DNA of 63,662 nucleotides, filler included, from Chiloscyllium plagiosum (lineage: Eukaryota): the NCBI RefSeq assembly GCF_004010195.1. It is 4 parts of one record of this genome, joined end to end, with 100 filler letters (N's around TTAATTAATTAA, not from the genome) between each part and the next. Parts side by side here need not be neighbours in the genome. Positions count along the whole stretch, not along the records: positions 38,273 to 56,397 come from NC_057710.1; positions 56,498 to 63,662 come from NC_057710.1; 2 more parts are not named here. One strand, given 5' to 3'. Shown piece by piece: positions 48,405 to 62,539 of the stretch (positions are counted from its first letter, which is position 1; each line of letters starts with the position of its first letter). Both the position numbers and the translations under genes were made by a program. The notes below the pieces were generated by a model. It had not been told where the DNA came from and searched no databases. It saw only the letters and a program-made list of their open reading frames with translations.

Positions 48405-49300
48405 GCAAAAGCAAATTACTGTGGATTCTGGAAATCTAAAACAAACAGAAAATGTTGGAGAAATTCGGCAGGTCTGGAGAGCATCTGTGGAGAAAGAAAC
48501 AGTTAATGTTTCGAGTCCGATTTGACTTCAGAGGTTGAAAGAGGTTGGAAAATAGGTGGTTTTGAAACTTTGGACAGAGATGGATAAGGAGCCATAGGAG
48601 TAGATCATGTGGAGGCTAATACAAAAGTCAAAGGGGTTACTAATTAGGGTGAAAGAGAGATAAATTAGATATAGAAATTAAAACGTGGAAGGCTGGAAGC
48701 AGATCCTCTCAGCTGACAGTTTCTTTTTAAAAAAAAAGGACAAGCCCATTTTGGAGTGCACTTGAGAAGAACATAAGGAAAATGAAGGGTGCGGTCAAGC
48801 TCTCTGAAGTTATGGAATTCAATATGTAAAACACCCAAGAGGAAAATTTGGTGTTCCCTGAGTAGCGTTGTGCTTTGTTGGAACATTGCAGCAGGCCAGG
48901 ACAGAAACAGTTGAAAAGCTGTACGTGCTCCCAGAGACTATGTTGAATTGCACAACTTCACAGCCTGTCCCAAGACATCTCTTCTCCATTTTTGTTTGCA
49001 TCCTTCTGTCTCTTCCCGCACCAGAAAACAAAACACAGGCCTGCCTTGTTTGCTTTGCTCTTAGCCAAGAGGATCCATTTTCACCTGTGAATTTACATCC
49101 ATTTTACATCTTTTTTTCTTTCACCCCAACAAACAATACTTTTGTCCTTTGCACTGGGCCACAGTACAATCTCTTCCACTGACGACTCCTATACCTCTGT
49201 CAAAGTTTCAAAACCACCATTTTCTAACCCCTTTTAGTTCTGAAGTAAAGTCATATTGGACTGTCTCTCCAGAAACAGATGCTTAAACCTGCACCTTGTA
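48405..49300. mobile_element. Old PLE remnant with inverted ends
   Basis: ORF 48665..48886 LLREHQIFLLGVLHIEFHNFR resembles the GIY-YIG C-terminal motif at 56634..56834; 48520-48580 is inverted relative to about 49195-49250. Confidence 0.55.
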
Positions 49301-49357
49301 TTTTTTTTTCCTTTTAATGTAATGTTGGACTTGTTTCTAAAAGGCCTTATAAAATAA

Positions 49358-49765
<408 letters not shown>

Positions 49766-50564
49766 TAGGAAATCAGTTTGTAAGCAGATAAATGTACTCT
49801 CAAAGTCTTACTGCATTTCTTTTTTAAAATTCCTAGTTTTCACTAACGTTGCAAACTGAGTTTTGAATTTTCATCACTGAGTTCCATTTCGTATGAAAGT
49901 TAAATACAAAGCTGAATTAACAGGAAAACTTGAAATATTCACCAATTCAGGGGGTATCTGTAGAGAACAGAACAGTTAACATTTCAGGCCAGTTATGTAT
50001 CAATAAAAGTGGGACATGATCTTCAACACAGCAATGGGGATATCCTGCAATCAGCATATTGTACAGTGGTTCATACTCCCTTAAAATATTCCACTTGCTG
50101 AGGTGTCCCGCAGAGGAAAAGCACTTAAAGTTTTAATACATTGAAGTCAACCTAGAACTGCCAGTCTAGTCTGGAGAGTGGATATTAGGGGATAGGTCTG
50201 GCTGAATTTGAGTTTTTTTAAATTGTAAAAATATTAAAATATGCTAAAAACTACAGTAGAGATTTTGCATGAAATAATATTTTAATGCATGTTGTTAACT
50301 GAAATTAAAGGCCATAATTTGAAATGAGAAATGTTTCTATTACTGGAAGGCTTTTGACATTGCAATTTTCTTGAGATATAAGAAAAACTGACACTGTGAT
50401 ACAAACTTTTTAATGAATCCTAGTTTTGAGAGTAAGAAAGAAAATGCATTTCATTCCCAGAATCAAAGAAGGTAATCTTTCCAAAGTTAATATTCAAGAT
50501 AATGAGATGTTGAGAAATTTGAGTCATTAAGCTGCTTGAAATTTGTTTTTTTTTCCCTGTGCAG

Positions 50565-50705
50565 TATGGTGATGAGTTAGCATGGTCGGAGATAGAAAAC
50601 GTATGGACAACACTAGCAGACAGCTGGCCCAAAAACCTAAAAATAATTCTGCATTTCCTTATCAGTATGTGTGGTGTGACAAGTGACCCTAGTCTCCTGC
50701 CATAT
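50565..50705 (+). CDS. FRYL: Furry homolog-like protein, internal exon
   Basis: ttttccctgtgcAG acceptor and TAT|GTAAGT donor; 141 nt, phase 0 to phase 0; YGDELAWSEIENVWTTLADSWPKNLKIILHFLISMCGVTSDPSLLPY. Confidence 0.95.
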
Positions 50706-50869
50706 GTAAGTAAATATTATATACTTTTACATATTATGTACTCCTGAAGATATAAATAGAAAGTAATTGATTTGCTGACTTGAAAATATATAGTTAGACT
50801 CTGATTAACAATAAATGCTGCTTTACGTTTTTCCCCACAGGCTAAAACAGAGTTTAAAACTATTTCAGT

Positions 50870-52942
50870 TTTGTGTCTGCATGAAACTGGAAAGGCTGGT
50901 AGCTGTAGGGAATGCTGGAAGACCAAGGAAATTGAGGGTTTGGTCAAGAAAAAGAAGGAAGCATATGTCAGGTATAGACAAGATGAATCAAATGAATCCT
51001 TAGAAAAGTATAAAGGAAGTAGGAGTATAATTAAAAGGGACATCAGGAGGGCAAAAAGAGAACATGAGATAGCTTTGGCAAATAGGGTTAAAGAGAACCC
51101 ATTAATAAACACATTAAGGACAAAAGGGTAACTAGGGAGAGAATAGGGCCCCTCAAAGATCAGCAAGACAGCCTTTGTGTGGAACCGCAAGAGATGGGGG
51201 AAATACTAAATACACAATTATTTTACATAAGTGTTTACTGTGTTAAAGGACATGGAAGGTATAGAATATAGGGAAATAGATGGTGACATCTTGAAAAATG
51301 TCCATATTGCAGAGGAGGAAGTGCTGGATGTCTTGAAACACATAGAAGTGGGTAAATCCCCAGGACCTGATCAAGTGTACCCTAGAACTCTGTGGGATGC
51401 TAGGGAAATGATTGCTGGCCTCTTGCTGACACATTTTTATCATCGATAGTCACAGGTGAGGTGCCAGAAGACTGGAAGTTGGCTAATGTGATGTCACTGT
51501 TTAAGAAGGGTGGTAAGGACAAGCCAGGGAACTATAGACCAGTGAGCCTGACGTCGGTGGTGGGCAAGTTGTTGGAGGGAATCCTGAGGGAGAGGATGTA
51601 AATTTATTTGGAAAGGCAAGGACTGATTAGGGATAGTCTGCATGGCTTTGAGTGAGAAATCATGTCTCACAAACTTGATTGAGGTTTTTGAAGAAGTAAC
51701 AAAGAGAGGAAAGCGGTGGATGTGATCTGTATGGATATCCGACAAGGTTCCCCATGGGAGACTGGTTAGCAAGGTTAGATCGCATGGAATACAGGGAGAA
51801 CTAGCCGTTTGGATACAGAACTGGCTCAAAGGTAGAAGACAAGAGGGTGGTGGTGGAGGGTTTTTCAGACTGGAGGCCTGTGACCAGTGGAGTGCCATAA
51901 GGATCAGTGCTGGGTCCACTACTTTTCATCATTTATATAAATGATTTGGATGTGAGCATAATAAGTATAGTTAGTAAGTTTGCAGATGATACCAAAATTG
52001 GAGGTGCAGTGGACAGCAAAGGAGGTTACCTCAGATTACAACGGGATCTCGATCAGATGGTCCAATGGACTGAGAAATTGCAGATGGAGTTTAATCTAGA
52101 TAAATATGAGGTGCTGCATTTTGGGAAAGCAAATCTTAGCAGGACTTATACACTTAATGGTAAGGTCCTGGGGAGTGTTGCTGAGCAAAGGGATTTTGGA
52201 ATGCAGGTTCATACATCCTTAAAAATGCTGAGCAAAGAGATCTTGGAGTACAGGTTCATAGCTCCTTGAAAGTGGAGTCGCAGGTAGATAAAACAGTGAA
52301 AAAGCGCTTGGTATGACTTCCTTTATTGGTTAGAGTATTGAGTACAGGAGTTGGGAGTCATGTTGCAGCTGTACAGGACATTGGTAAGGCCACTTTTGGA
52401 AAATTGCATGTAATTCTGGTCTCCTTCCTATCAGAAGGATATTGTGCAACTTGAAAGGGTTCAGAAAAGATTTACAAGGATGTTGTCAGGGTTGATGGAT
52501 TTGAGCTACAGGGAGAGGCTGAACAGGCTGGGGTTGTTTTACCTGGAGCGTCGGAGGCTGAGTGGTGACCTTATAGAGGTTTATAAAATCATGTAGTGAA
52601 TGGATAGGATAAATAGACCAAGTCTCTGCCCTGAGGTGGGGGAATCCAGAACTATAGAGCATAGGTTTAAGGTGAGGGGGAAAGATATAAAAGAGACCTA
52701 AGGGGCAACTTTTTCATGCAGAGGGTAGTACATGCTTGGAATGAGCTACCAGAGGAAGTGGTGGAGGCTGGTACGATTGCAACATTTAAAAGGCATTTGG
52801 ATGGGTATATGAACAGGAAGGCTTTGGAGGGACATGGGCCAGGTACTGGCAGGTGGGACTAGATTGGGTTGGGATATCTGGTCGGCATGGACAAGTTGCA
52901 ACAAAGGGTCTGTTTCCATGCTATATATCTCTATGACTCTAT
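50870..52942 (+). mobile_element. HER1-type CR1 LINE, about 2.1-kb 3' part, frameshifted
   Basis: KSPGPDQVYPR, PGNYRPVSLTS, VSKFADDTKIGG (ORF 51907..52269); tail CTCTATGACTCTATGA. Confidence 0.92.
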
Positions 52943-53599
52943 GAAAGGGAAAATGAGAAATAGAAGGCTGGAAATATTAGTAGAGAATGTACATCATTGT
53001 TATAGTTTAGGGGAATAGAGAGCCAGGTTTTCTGAGGAGTGGAAAGCTCATGCAGATTGCTACTACAGTTGATCTTTTTTATAAAAGAAGGAAGCTCCAC
53101 TTTCCTCAGAGAAGATTTCACTCAGGCCTCTTTCAGAAATACAGCACCATTATTCCATTCTAACAGTTATTTTGTAGTGCAGATTGTCAGATGAAGGCAA
53201 ACCAAAGCCCCTTTTGACAGTAGTCAGCCATATTCTGAAATTAAAGGTCCTCTCAGCCACGTTGATGGCTGCTGTCAAACCATAAATGCATCAGCTAAGC
53301 AGGATGTTAGGCTGCTGGGCAGATAGCCAGCTGGGTCAGGTAGCAGTTAGCGAGGGATAGGATGACATGTGGGTAGAATGCCAAATGAATAGGGGGGTTG
53401 GTGCCAAGTGAAGTGGGGTTGTGTGCAATGTGGCAAAGTAAGCGATGTACTGTTTGGGCGAGGTCAGAGTTGGGAGAAATTGGGTCCGGTGGCGTGGTGG
53501 AAGATGGTTTGGGTCAGGAGTGATCTTGGGGTGGTGTGGTTGGAATGTGTATGCGAAGTATGGGTCAGTTTAATAGTTAGTTGGGAGTTGACTTTATAT

Positions 53600-55080
53600 T
53601 TAATAGGAACGGAAGTATGCCATTCGGCCCCTCAATTGTTCCATCATTTGTGGCAGATTTGTAGTCTACCTCCATATATCTTCCTTTGGCCCATATCACT
53701 TGATATTTTTTGCTTAACAAAAATTTGTCTTAACTCAAATTTATAATTAACAATTGACTTAGCACCAGCTGTTGTTGTGGAAGAGACTTCCAAACCTCTA
53801 CTACTCTTTGTAGAGATGTTTCCTAATATTGTTCCTGAATGTCTAGCTCTAGTGTTTAGATTGTACCCCCTAGATCTAGAATCTCCAACCAGTGGAAATG
53901 GTTATCTATCCTGTCTTTTCCTGTTAATATCTTGAAGACTTCGATTGGATTGCCACTTAACCTGCTATATTCGATAATTTGTCCTCAAATCATAATCCCT
54001 GAGTTCCAGGTATTATTCTTGTAAACCTACATAGTACTCCCTCCAAGGCAGTGTACCTTTGCTAGAGTGATGCCCAGATCTCCTTGCAGTACTCCCAAGT
54101 GAGATTTAGCTGGGTTTCTGTATAGCTGCAGCATAACTTCTGCGGCCTTGAACTGTGCAGCTTTATAAGACTTTGGTTAGGCCACATTTAGAGTATTGCA
54201 TTCAGTTCTGGTCAGCACATTACAGGAAGGATGTGAAGGCTTTGCAGAGGGTGCTGAACAAGTTTTCCAAGGTGCTGCCTGGATTAGAGGGTATTTAGCT
54301 ATTAAGAGAGGCTAGAAAAACTCAGGAGCAGTGGAAGCTGATTGGAGACTTGATAGAAGTCTATAAAATGATGAGTTGCACAGATAGTGTTGATAGTAAA
54401 AATCCTTTTCCCATAGTTGAAATATGTAATACTAGGGGGCATGCATTTAAGGTGAGAGAGGAAAAGTTCAGTGAGGATATGAGGGACAAGTTTTTTTTAA
54501 ACACAGAGAATGGTAGGAATCTGGAACATGGTTGGTGGTGGAGGCAGATATAATAGAGGCATTTAAAGAAGGAAATGGAGCGATATGGACCAAGGGCAGG
54601 CAAAAGGGGTTAGTTTAATTTGGCATAATGTTCGGCACAACATTGTGTGCTGATGGGCCCATTCCTCTGCAGTACTATTGTGTCAAATAGGTTGGCCCTG
54701 GAAAAGCACAGCAGGTCAGGCAGTCTGAATGACTGACTCTCCAGCATCTGCAGTCTGAATGCTGCCTGATCTGCTGTGCTTTTCCAGTGCCAACCTTTTT
54801 GACACTGACTCTCCAGCATCTGCAGTCCTCACTATCTTCCTGTACTATTCTACGTTAACTCTCGTCCTCTAGATGTAAAGGGCAGCATTCCATTAGTTGC
54901 CTAGATTATTTTCCGGCCTGTTTGTGCCACTTCAAAAATCCACGCATCTGAACCCCCAAGTCGTTTTGGGCATCCACCATATTTAACTTTATGCCATCTA
55001 AAAAGTACCCAGATTTATCCTTTTTCAGTCCAAAATGAATAACCTCACACTTATATTGACATCCGTCTGCTGCAGTTTTG
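53600..55080. mobile_element. Nested cluster: minus CR1 interrupted by a plus CR1 3' end (about 54155-54855), itself interrupted by a palindromic PLE terminus (about 54680-54840)
   Basis: GDLIEVYKMM (ORF 54350..54553); CTGGAAAAGCACAGCAGGTCAGGCAG / CTGCCTGATCTGCTGTGCTTTTCCAG arms; GTACTATT repeated at 54672 and 54842. Confidence 0.7.
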
Positions 55081-55564
55081 CTAACTTTTCAACTAAGTTT
55101 TTTACTTAATTTCATCAGAACCCTCCATAGTTTCCAATTTGGGGTGGGCAATAAATTCGAGCCCAGCCAGCGATACCCTCAACCCGTGAGTGAACTTAGG
55201 TAAAAAATTTAGATAATGTCTTTTTGACAGCACCAGACATAGAAGAATTGAAATGTCCTGGGAAGTTTCGCTGTGCAACCTGCCTCTACGCTAGAATAAG
55301 AACTGGCTAGTGGGAAATCTGGCCAGTGATTTATTTCCTTGTGCATTTTTAACTCTGGTTTTCATTTATTGGTTTCATCACAACAGACATAACGTCTGCT
55401 GGTAATTCTGGTAGAAATATATTAAGAATTGTTGGTAATAGAAGGAGCCCTTTAGGTCCAACACCTTGTCCTTTTTTGAAGATCAACTTCCATTATCATG
55501 TTTGTCTTTTTGAAGTTTAGTGCATCACGCACAAGATATTGACTACTTCGATGTCGCTTTGATT

Positions 55565-56397
55565 TAGAGTCAGAGAGATGTACAGCATGGAAACAGACCG
55601 TTCGGTCCAATCCATCCATGCCGACCAGATATCCCAACCCAATCTAGTCCCACCTGCCAGCACCCGGCCCATATCCCTCCAAACCCTTCCTATTCATATA
55701 TCCATCCAGATGCCTCTTAAATGTTGCAATTGTACCAGCCTCCACCACATGCTCTGGCAGCTCATTCCATACACGTACCACCCTCTGCGTGAAAAAGTTG
55801 CCCCTTAGGTCTCTTTTATATCTTTCCCCTCTCACCCTAAACCTATGCCCTGAAGTTCTGGACTCCCCGACCCCTGGGAAAAGACTTTGTCTATTTATCC
55901 TATCCATGCCTCTCATAATTTTGTAAACCTCTAGAAGGTCACCCTTCAGCCTCCGACACTCCAGGGAAAACAGCCCCAGCCTGTTCAGCCTCTCCCTGTA
56001 GCTCAAATCCTCCAACCCCTGGCAACATCCTTGTAAATCTTTTCTGAACCCTTTCAAGTTTCACAACATCTTTCCGATAGGAAGGAGACCAAATTGCACG
56101 CAATATTCCAGCAGTGGTCTAACCAATGTCCTGTACAGCTGCAACATGACCTCCGAACTCCTGTTCTCAATACTCTGACCAATAGGAAAGCATACCAAAT
56201 GCTGCCTTCAATATCCTATCTACCTGTGACTCAACCTTCAACGAGCTATGAACCTGCACTCCAAGGTCTCTTTGTTCAGCAACACTACCTAGGACCTTAC
56301 CATTAAGTGTATAAGTCCTGCTAAGATTTCCTTTCCCAAAATGCAGCACCTCGCATTTATCTGAATTAAACTCCATCTGCCACTTCTCAGCCCATTG
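55565..56397 (-). mobile_element. HER1-type CR1 LINE 3' end, cut by a gap
   Basis: ORFs 55644..56057 and 56167..56376; near-identical to 6347-6843 in reverse orientation. Confidence 0.93.
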
Positions 56398-56497
56398 NNN
56401 NNNNNNNNNNNNNNNNNNNNNNNNNNNNNNNNNNNNNNNNNTTAATTAATTAANNNNNNNNNNNNNNNNNNNNNNNNNNNNNNNNNNNNNNNNNNNN
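56398..56497. other. Artificial scaffold spacer 44N-TTAATTAATTAA-44N
   Basis: Same 100-nt spacer; flanks are different elements (HER1 and PLE). Confidence 0.97.
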
Positions 56498-56916
56498 GGA
56501 AATTAATAAAGAATAAAATGGGTGAATGAGGGTGGGGATGAAGGTGATAGGTCAGAGGGGAGGGTGGAGTGGATAGGTGGAAAGGAAGATAGGCAGGTAG
56601 GACATGTCATGAGGGCGGTGCTAACCTGGAAGGTTAGAGCTGGGGTGAGGTGGGAGAATGGGAAATGAGGAAACTGGTGAAATCCACATTGATGCCCTGG
56701 GGTTGAAGTGTTCCAAGGCAGACAATGAGGCGTTCTTCCTCCAGGCGTCGGGTGATGAGGGAGCGGCGGTGGAGGAGGCCCAGGACCTGTATGTCCTTGG
56801 CAGAGTGGGAGAGGGTGTTGAAATGTTGGGCCACAGGGCGGTGGGGTTGATTGGTGCTCCTCGGATGCTGCCTGACCTGCTGTGCTTTTCCAGCACCACT
56901 CTAATCTAGAATCTGG
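56498..56916 (-). mobile_element. PLE GIY-YIG C-terminus with an inverted terminal piece
   Basis: ORF 56634..56834 AQHFN..SHS..DIQVLGL...RRLEEERLIVCLGTLQPQGINVDF; inverted terminus at 56856-56916. Confidence 0.82.
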
Positions 56917-58789
56917 ACAGTAAATTACCTGATAAAGATCTCCAACCTTTCTGCTGTCCATCTATCTGGACCAGGTTAGAATTGCACTTCTTATTTCAGT
57001 CCCCTGTTCCCCACAAATGTTATCTGTACCTTTTAAGGATCAGTGATGCTGAAACTGTACTGAGTTGGCTAAATAACCCAATATAATTATTCACCTTTTA
57101 TAATTTTCAAATTAATATAATTCAGTCTAAACAAATTACTGAGGACAGTTGTTCTGATGTAGTATTATGGTAGTCACTTTACAATTGATTTTTACTGCTT
57201 GATTGGTTAAGCCTGCTTGTGTACTTTGAGAAAAGTAAATGATTTGTGGAGACATCTGCAAGTTGAAGTAGAAAAAATGCCTGAGACATTTTAAATCACT
57301 CTGAATAAATATATTACACACATAGAAGCCTGTGATATATTTGTAAAGATCTAAGATAGTCAATAATCATTGCATATTTTAATAACTCCAAATAAATTTT
57401 AAATAATGGAGCCAATTGTTATCTTTAAAGATGGTTGGATTGGGTAGGTGAAAATTATTTTCCAAACTCAAAGCCACCTCTAGCATACCCTTTTTTTTAC
57501 TTTAATGGAGGCTGACATGTGACCTCTGATGTCCCCGTACCACCATCCCCCATCCCCTAAGGCAATATCTATGACCTGCTACACAGACCTCCCCCACCTT
57601 CTAGCAAGGCCACAGCCCTTATAGCCCTCCTGAAAAGAGACTTCTGATTTCCAAATACCAAGCAGCTGACAATACTCCCTCTCCCCACACAGAGATCAGT
57701 AGCCTGCAAGATTAAACTTCAGGCCGGCCTCTGGCAAACAACTGACTAGTAATGTCTCTAACATTTGGTAGAATCCTGAATAATGTGTTTTCAGTGACTT
57801 TCTATAGACCCACTTCCAGCAGACCAGATGAGTAAAAACCAATTTGGCTTCCCATTGACCTCTTTCACCGAAATGAAAAATATTTCTTTCAAAATAAAAC
57901 TTTAGCATTTCAGTAAGTTTTTCTTTCCAGCATTCTTGAGTCTTTGGCTAAGTCTAAATCTTATTCTCATGAATTGCTTGCAATCTTTCTCAAGCCAAAA
58001 ATGTTTTTAAAAGTTATTCAAACATTGTAAAGAAATACCAGTACATTGTTTATGGATATTTTCATCATAAACAATGTGGGCTCCAGAGAGAAAATTAAGA
58101 GAAAGGGATATGTCTGCTTCATAATTGTTATTGGCCTATATGGATTGCATATACTCTAATATTTTATAACTGACTTACAAAATAGTTTTCTGTTTGCTTT
58201 GAGGGTGTAAGGGCAGCCAGAAAATCTGATTTGAAAACCATTATGTGCATTCTTACAAAACAAGAACTTGATCTTCATGCCCTCAGGGCATCCCATAGTT
58301 CTTCACTGTCAGTGAATTATTTTATATGTATTTACTGTTGTTTTCTAGGTAGTGAAATGAATAACCAACGTGTGTTCTGACACTGGTTAAGGGTAGTGAA
58401 ATTGAAGATTGAGATCTAGGCTGTTTTTGCTCATTGGCTAAATCTGCTGTCAGCTGCCCAACCAGAGTAAGGGAAAGTAGCAACCTCTCACTGGACAAAG
58501 TTAGAATTCCACCAGCCAGCTCTGAACCAAGACTTGCCAGTGTGCAGTGTGAGTCATGGCAAGAAGATCTTTGGAACGGCAGGAGCATTTTGTGAAGTAG
58601 AAGTGCTACTGTTCCTTCTGATGAAAGGAAAGATTTTCACATACATTGGATGAGGTCTCTATATCTTCCCCATCAGCTGTTAATCTACCTTTATCTAGCA
58701 GAAATACTGCAGTGATGTCTCAATTGAAGCATGAACTATGATTCAGCAGAGTCCAAGTGACATAATAGGATCCTGAGAAGTACTAAAAG

Positions 58790-59055
58790 ACCATAAGATA
58801 TAGGAGTAGAATTAGACCACTCAGCCCATCGAGTCTGCTCCACCATTCAATCATGACTTATCTGTTTCTCAAATCCATTTTCCTGTGCCTTCACCTTCAA
58901 CCTTTGATCGCCTTGCCAATCAAGAACCTATCGATCTCTGTCTTGAGTACACTCAGTGACTTAGCCTCAACAACCCTCTGCAGCAATGAGTTCCACAAAT
59001 TCACCACCTTCTGGTTGATGACATTCCTCCTCATCTTAGTTCTAAATGGTCATGA
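58790..59055 (-). mobile_element. CR1 3' end
   Basis: Reverse complement of a CR1 3' UTR (CATAAGATATAGGAGTAGAATTAG...CCATTCAATCATG); similar to 29641-29795. Confidence 0.75.
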
Positions 59056-59470
59056 AACTTCCACCTGCTTCTAATGTGCACTTCATTCACCAAACTGCAG
59101 TGAGTAGTTAAAATAGTGACCAGTAGTAGTTTGGAGTCTGATATGGTTCTTTTCAGAACTCTGTTTCTTTCTCCACAGATGCTGCCAGACCTGCTGAGTT
59201 TATATAACATCTCTGTTTTTATTTTAGATTTCCAGTATCTAAAGTATTTTGCTTTTAATTGAGCATCAATTATTTTGTTTAAGATTTTTGAGATTTCTTG
59301 AGATATTCTCAAAGTCTACCTTTTCAATTTTCAGGACTACCTTTTAATTCTCACTAGTTTATTTATGAGGAGATACAGTCACATAGTGACAATGCATTCT
59401 TAATTTGTATTTGCATGTATAATATTTGAACTTGCACCCAGGCAGAATTGGAAGATTTCACTAATATTAA

Positions 59471-59798
59471 GGCAGCACGATGGCTCAGTGGTTAGCACTG
59501 CTGCCACAAAGCGCAAGGGACCTACGTTTGATTCCAACCTCGGGTGGCTGCCTGTGTGGAGTTTGCATAGCCTCCCCGTGTCTGCGTGGGTTTCCTCCGG
59601 GTGCTCTGGTTTCCTCCCACCGTCCAAAGATGTGCAGGTTAGGTGAAATGGCCAAGTTAAATTGCCCATAATGTTAGGTGCAACAGTCAGGGGTAAATGT
59701 AGGGAAATGAGTCTGGGGAGATTACTCTTTGGAGGGTCAGTGTGGACTTGTTGAGCCGAAGGGCCTGTTTCCATACTTTAAGGAATCTAATCTAATCT
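59471..59798 (+). mobile_element. HE1-type SINE, full length
   Basis: GGCAGCACGATGGCTCAGTGGTTAGCACTGCTGCC head, core and (AATCT)3 tail. Confidence 0.9.
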
Positions 59799-62539
59799 GC
59801 AGTAATTATTAACCGACCATTACGCTTTTAAGCTATAAAAACCTAAAGAAAGCATTAATTTCTTCGACATCATAGTATTTAAATTGGAACATGAGTTTAC
59901 AACAAAAGTTTTGTCAAAATAACTGAAAGCCACTTCTCTCCTGATACACATAGTGCTAAGGCCACAGTCATTCACAAAGCTGAACGTTTTTAAACCAGGC
60001 AATCACTGTTTTTTTATTGCATCTCAGATCTCAATCTCAGATTTAAGTTTAAGAATTGGTGTTCCTTTAAAAAACCACTACCTTTTCACTATACATAATC
60101 ATAAAGATATATTAGCTGCTGAACATTTAAGCTATATATTCAACATTCATTATCAAGACATTTATTACATCATTGATTTTAAGTTTTTGTGTCCCCCAGT
60201 TAACTGGGTATTCCTATGCTGACAGGTTTAAAACTGTTCTCTTTCCTTTTTCGTCTCCATTTCTCTACCCTTGGAGCCATCATCACACCCTCTCTGTCTG
60301 TCAACTCCACCGTCTTTCCCCAGTCCCCCATACTCCTCGAAGCCTTTATGGAGCCTTTTTTCCCATTTTCCCATACCTTCCCCTAGCAGCCTCTTTCTTC
60401 TCTCTCCCACCACATCCAAACACTTCCTAGCAGCCTTCTGCAAAATAGAACTGTTGATTGATCCCCACCCACTCCTTGACCACCCCTGGCAGAAGGATTC
60501 ATAGTGGCTCTCTCACTAACTTTCCTTCCTCTCTTTCTTACTTTCCCAACAGCTTGCTGCTCTTCCAATCACCGGCTGTTTGTTTCCCCTGTTTACTGCT
60601 GGGAGGCTGTCTGGAGAGCTGATCAGTAGCAAATTTGTGAAAATAAAAGTTTGTGATTGGAGAAGCAATTCCTCACCAATTCTATCCATTATCTTCACAG
60701 CATCGACTTTTTTTTTCAAATTTATCCTTGAGCTTGAATTTTGCAGGCATTTTTTAGGGAAAATTCAAGCCATGACCCTTTTGGATTTTGAGTGCTGCTT
60801 GAACATTCAAAAGTCTGACTCATTTGTGAGAGGGTGACCTGAACTCAGCTTATGTCCCTCCATCCTGATGGAGTATCATACGCTTATGATGAGTAAGGAT
60901 TTATCTGATTTCTGTAATAATTTAGCAAGGAACCAAAATTAAATATTTCTCTCTCATCTAATGAATTGAGTCCAATAAATGACATGTATTGAGCACTGGA
61001 ACAAGGGATAGAGCTCATTTCTCTTTCATTAAAATTATCTCTCATGTATACCCTCAGCTTTTATGCTGGAACAGTCACTATAACATTCACAGTTGTAACC
61101 TTCATTTGTCTGTCATGTCCCTGGTAAGAAATATCTTTTTTGCCTTGATTAAGCATCATGGCCAAAGGTTGAGCCACTTTCAATCAGAACTGAGTATGTT
61201 ATTGTCTCTTGCAACCCTGACAACTGAAAATGCTGCATTTAATTTCTCATGCTGTCCTAGCTCTTTGCCAAAGGAAAATGTATTGTGATCAAAAAAACCT
61301 TTTCATTGCCTGATATAATCTTTCGCTGATTTAATGTATTCTCATCAAGAACCCTCTTCCTATGATATAAATAGGTCAATGGGGTTTAATGTGTCTTTAC
61401 CATTCTGGTAATCCTGTCAATGTGATTGGCACCATTTAGAAAGGGCATCCCTGCAGGATACCAGGCATAACTTTCTTTCAGGTGATGGACTGCCCTTAAA
61501 ATGCAAACCATGACATCGTATCAACTAAATTGCCCGTTTTTGAAGAAGCTACTCTAAGGATGTGCAATGCATGCTCTTTTTTTAATTCACTTGTGGGTTG
61601 TGGGCATCGCTGGCTGGCCAGCATTTATTACCTGCCCCCAGTTACCCTTAAGAACATGGTGGTGAGCTGCCTTCTTACACTGCTGCAGTCCATGTGCTGT
61701 GGGTTGACCTACAATATCCTTGGGGAAGAAACTCCAGAATTTTGACCCAGCAACCACAAAGAAATGGCAGTATGTTTCCATGTCAGGATGGTGAGTGGCT
61801 TGGAGGGGAACGTGCAGGTAATGGTGTTCCTATATGTCTGCAGCTCTTGTCCTTCGAAATAGAGCCAGTTCCACAGCTCAGAGCTGAAGGGCTGCAAAGT
61901 TAAGTTTGGAGTGTCTTTTGCTGAGCACTGAAAAGAAGAAGAGTTTCTCACAAGACGACAAAAATGTAGTCAGGAATCTCCTTTCCATCCTTCCCTCGCT
62001 CCTTGCACATACTGAACTGTTATCCAGGGCGTCTCAACTTGGTGCAGAGTAATTCATTGAGCTGCATGGATCCCACTGCCTGGTTTTTCTGATATAAATA
62101 CTGGAGCATTAAAATCACAGCTGTATTCAGGCACAGAAATCCAGGTCTGTCAGTTAGCCCCCAAAAATTCAAAATTCTCAACCCACCAAGCACAATCTGG
62201 CATATCCAGAAACTGGTGTTATTACCTGAACTCTGCCTGACCACATTCTTATAGAATTGGTGTACACAACAGGTCTGGGGGAGATAAATTTGAATTAAGT
62301 ATTTAAAGGCAGCAACTGCAATACTGAAGGTGCTGAGCAATCTGATTAGAATTTGAGATTTGTATTTTTTTTTAGTTGGAGGATTTCTGAAATAGGCACT
62401 GTGATGACACTCGCCCTTGCTGCAGATTTGAAATCATTGAAATTCATTGTTGCAAGCCTGAAATATATCTTTTTCATTTAACTGTGCCTTATCCCTTATG
62501 ATAATGTTGTGTTGCTCTACAAGGTTCAGATTGCTAAAA

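Noticed and set aside
52180..52262. Short tandem repeat resembling a repeat-spacer unit
   Set aside because: It is a single internal duplication of HER1 sequence; there is no CRISPR-like array anywhere in this eukaryotic window.
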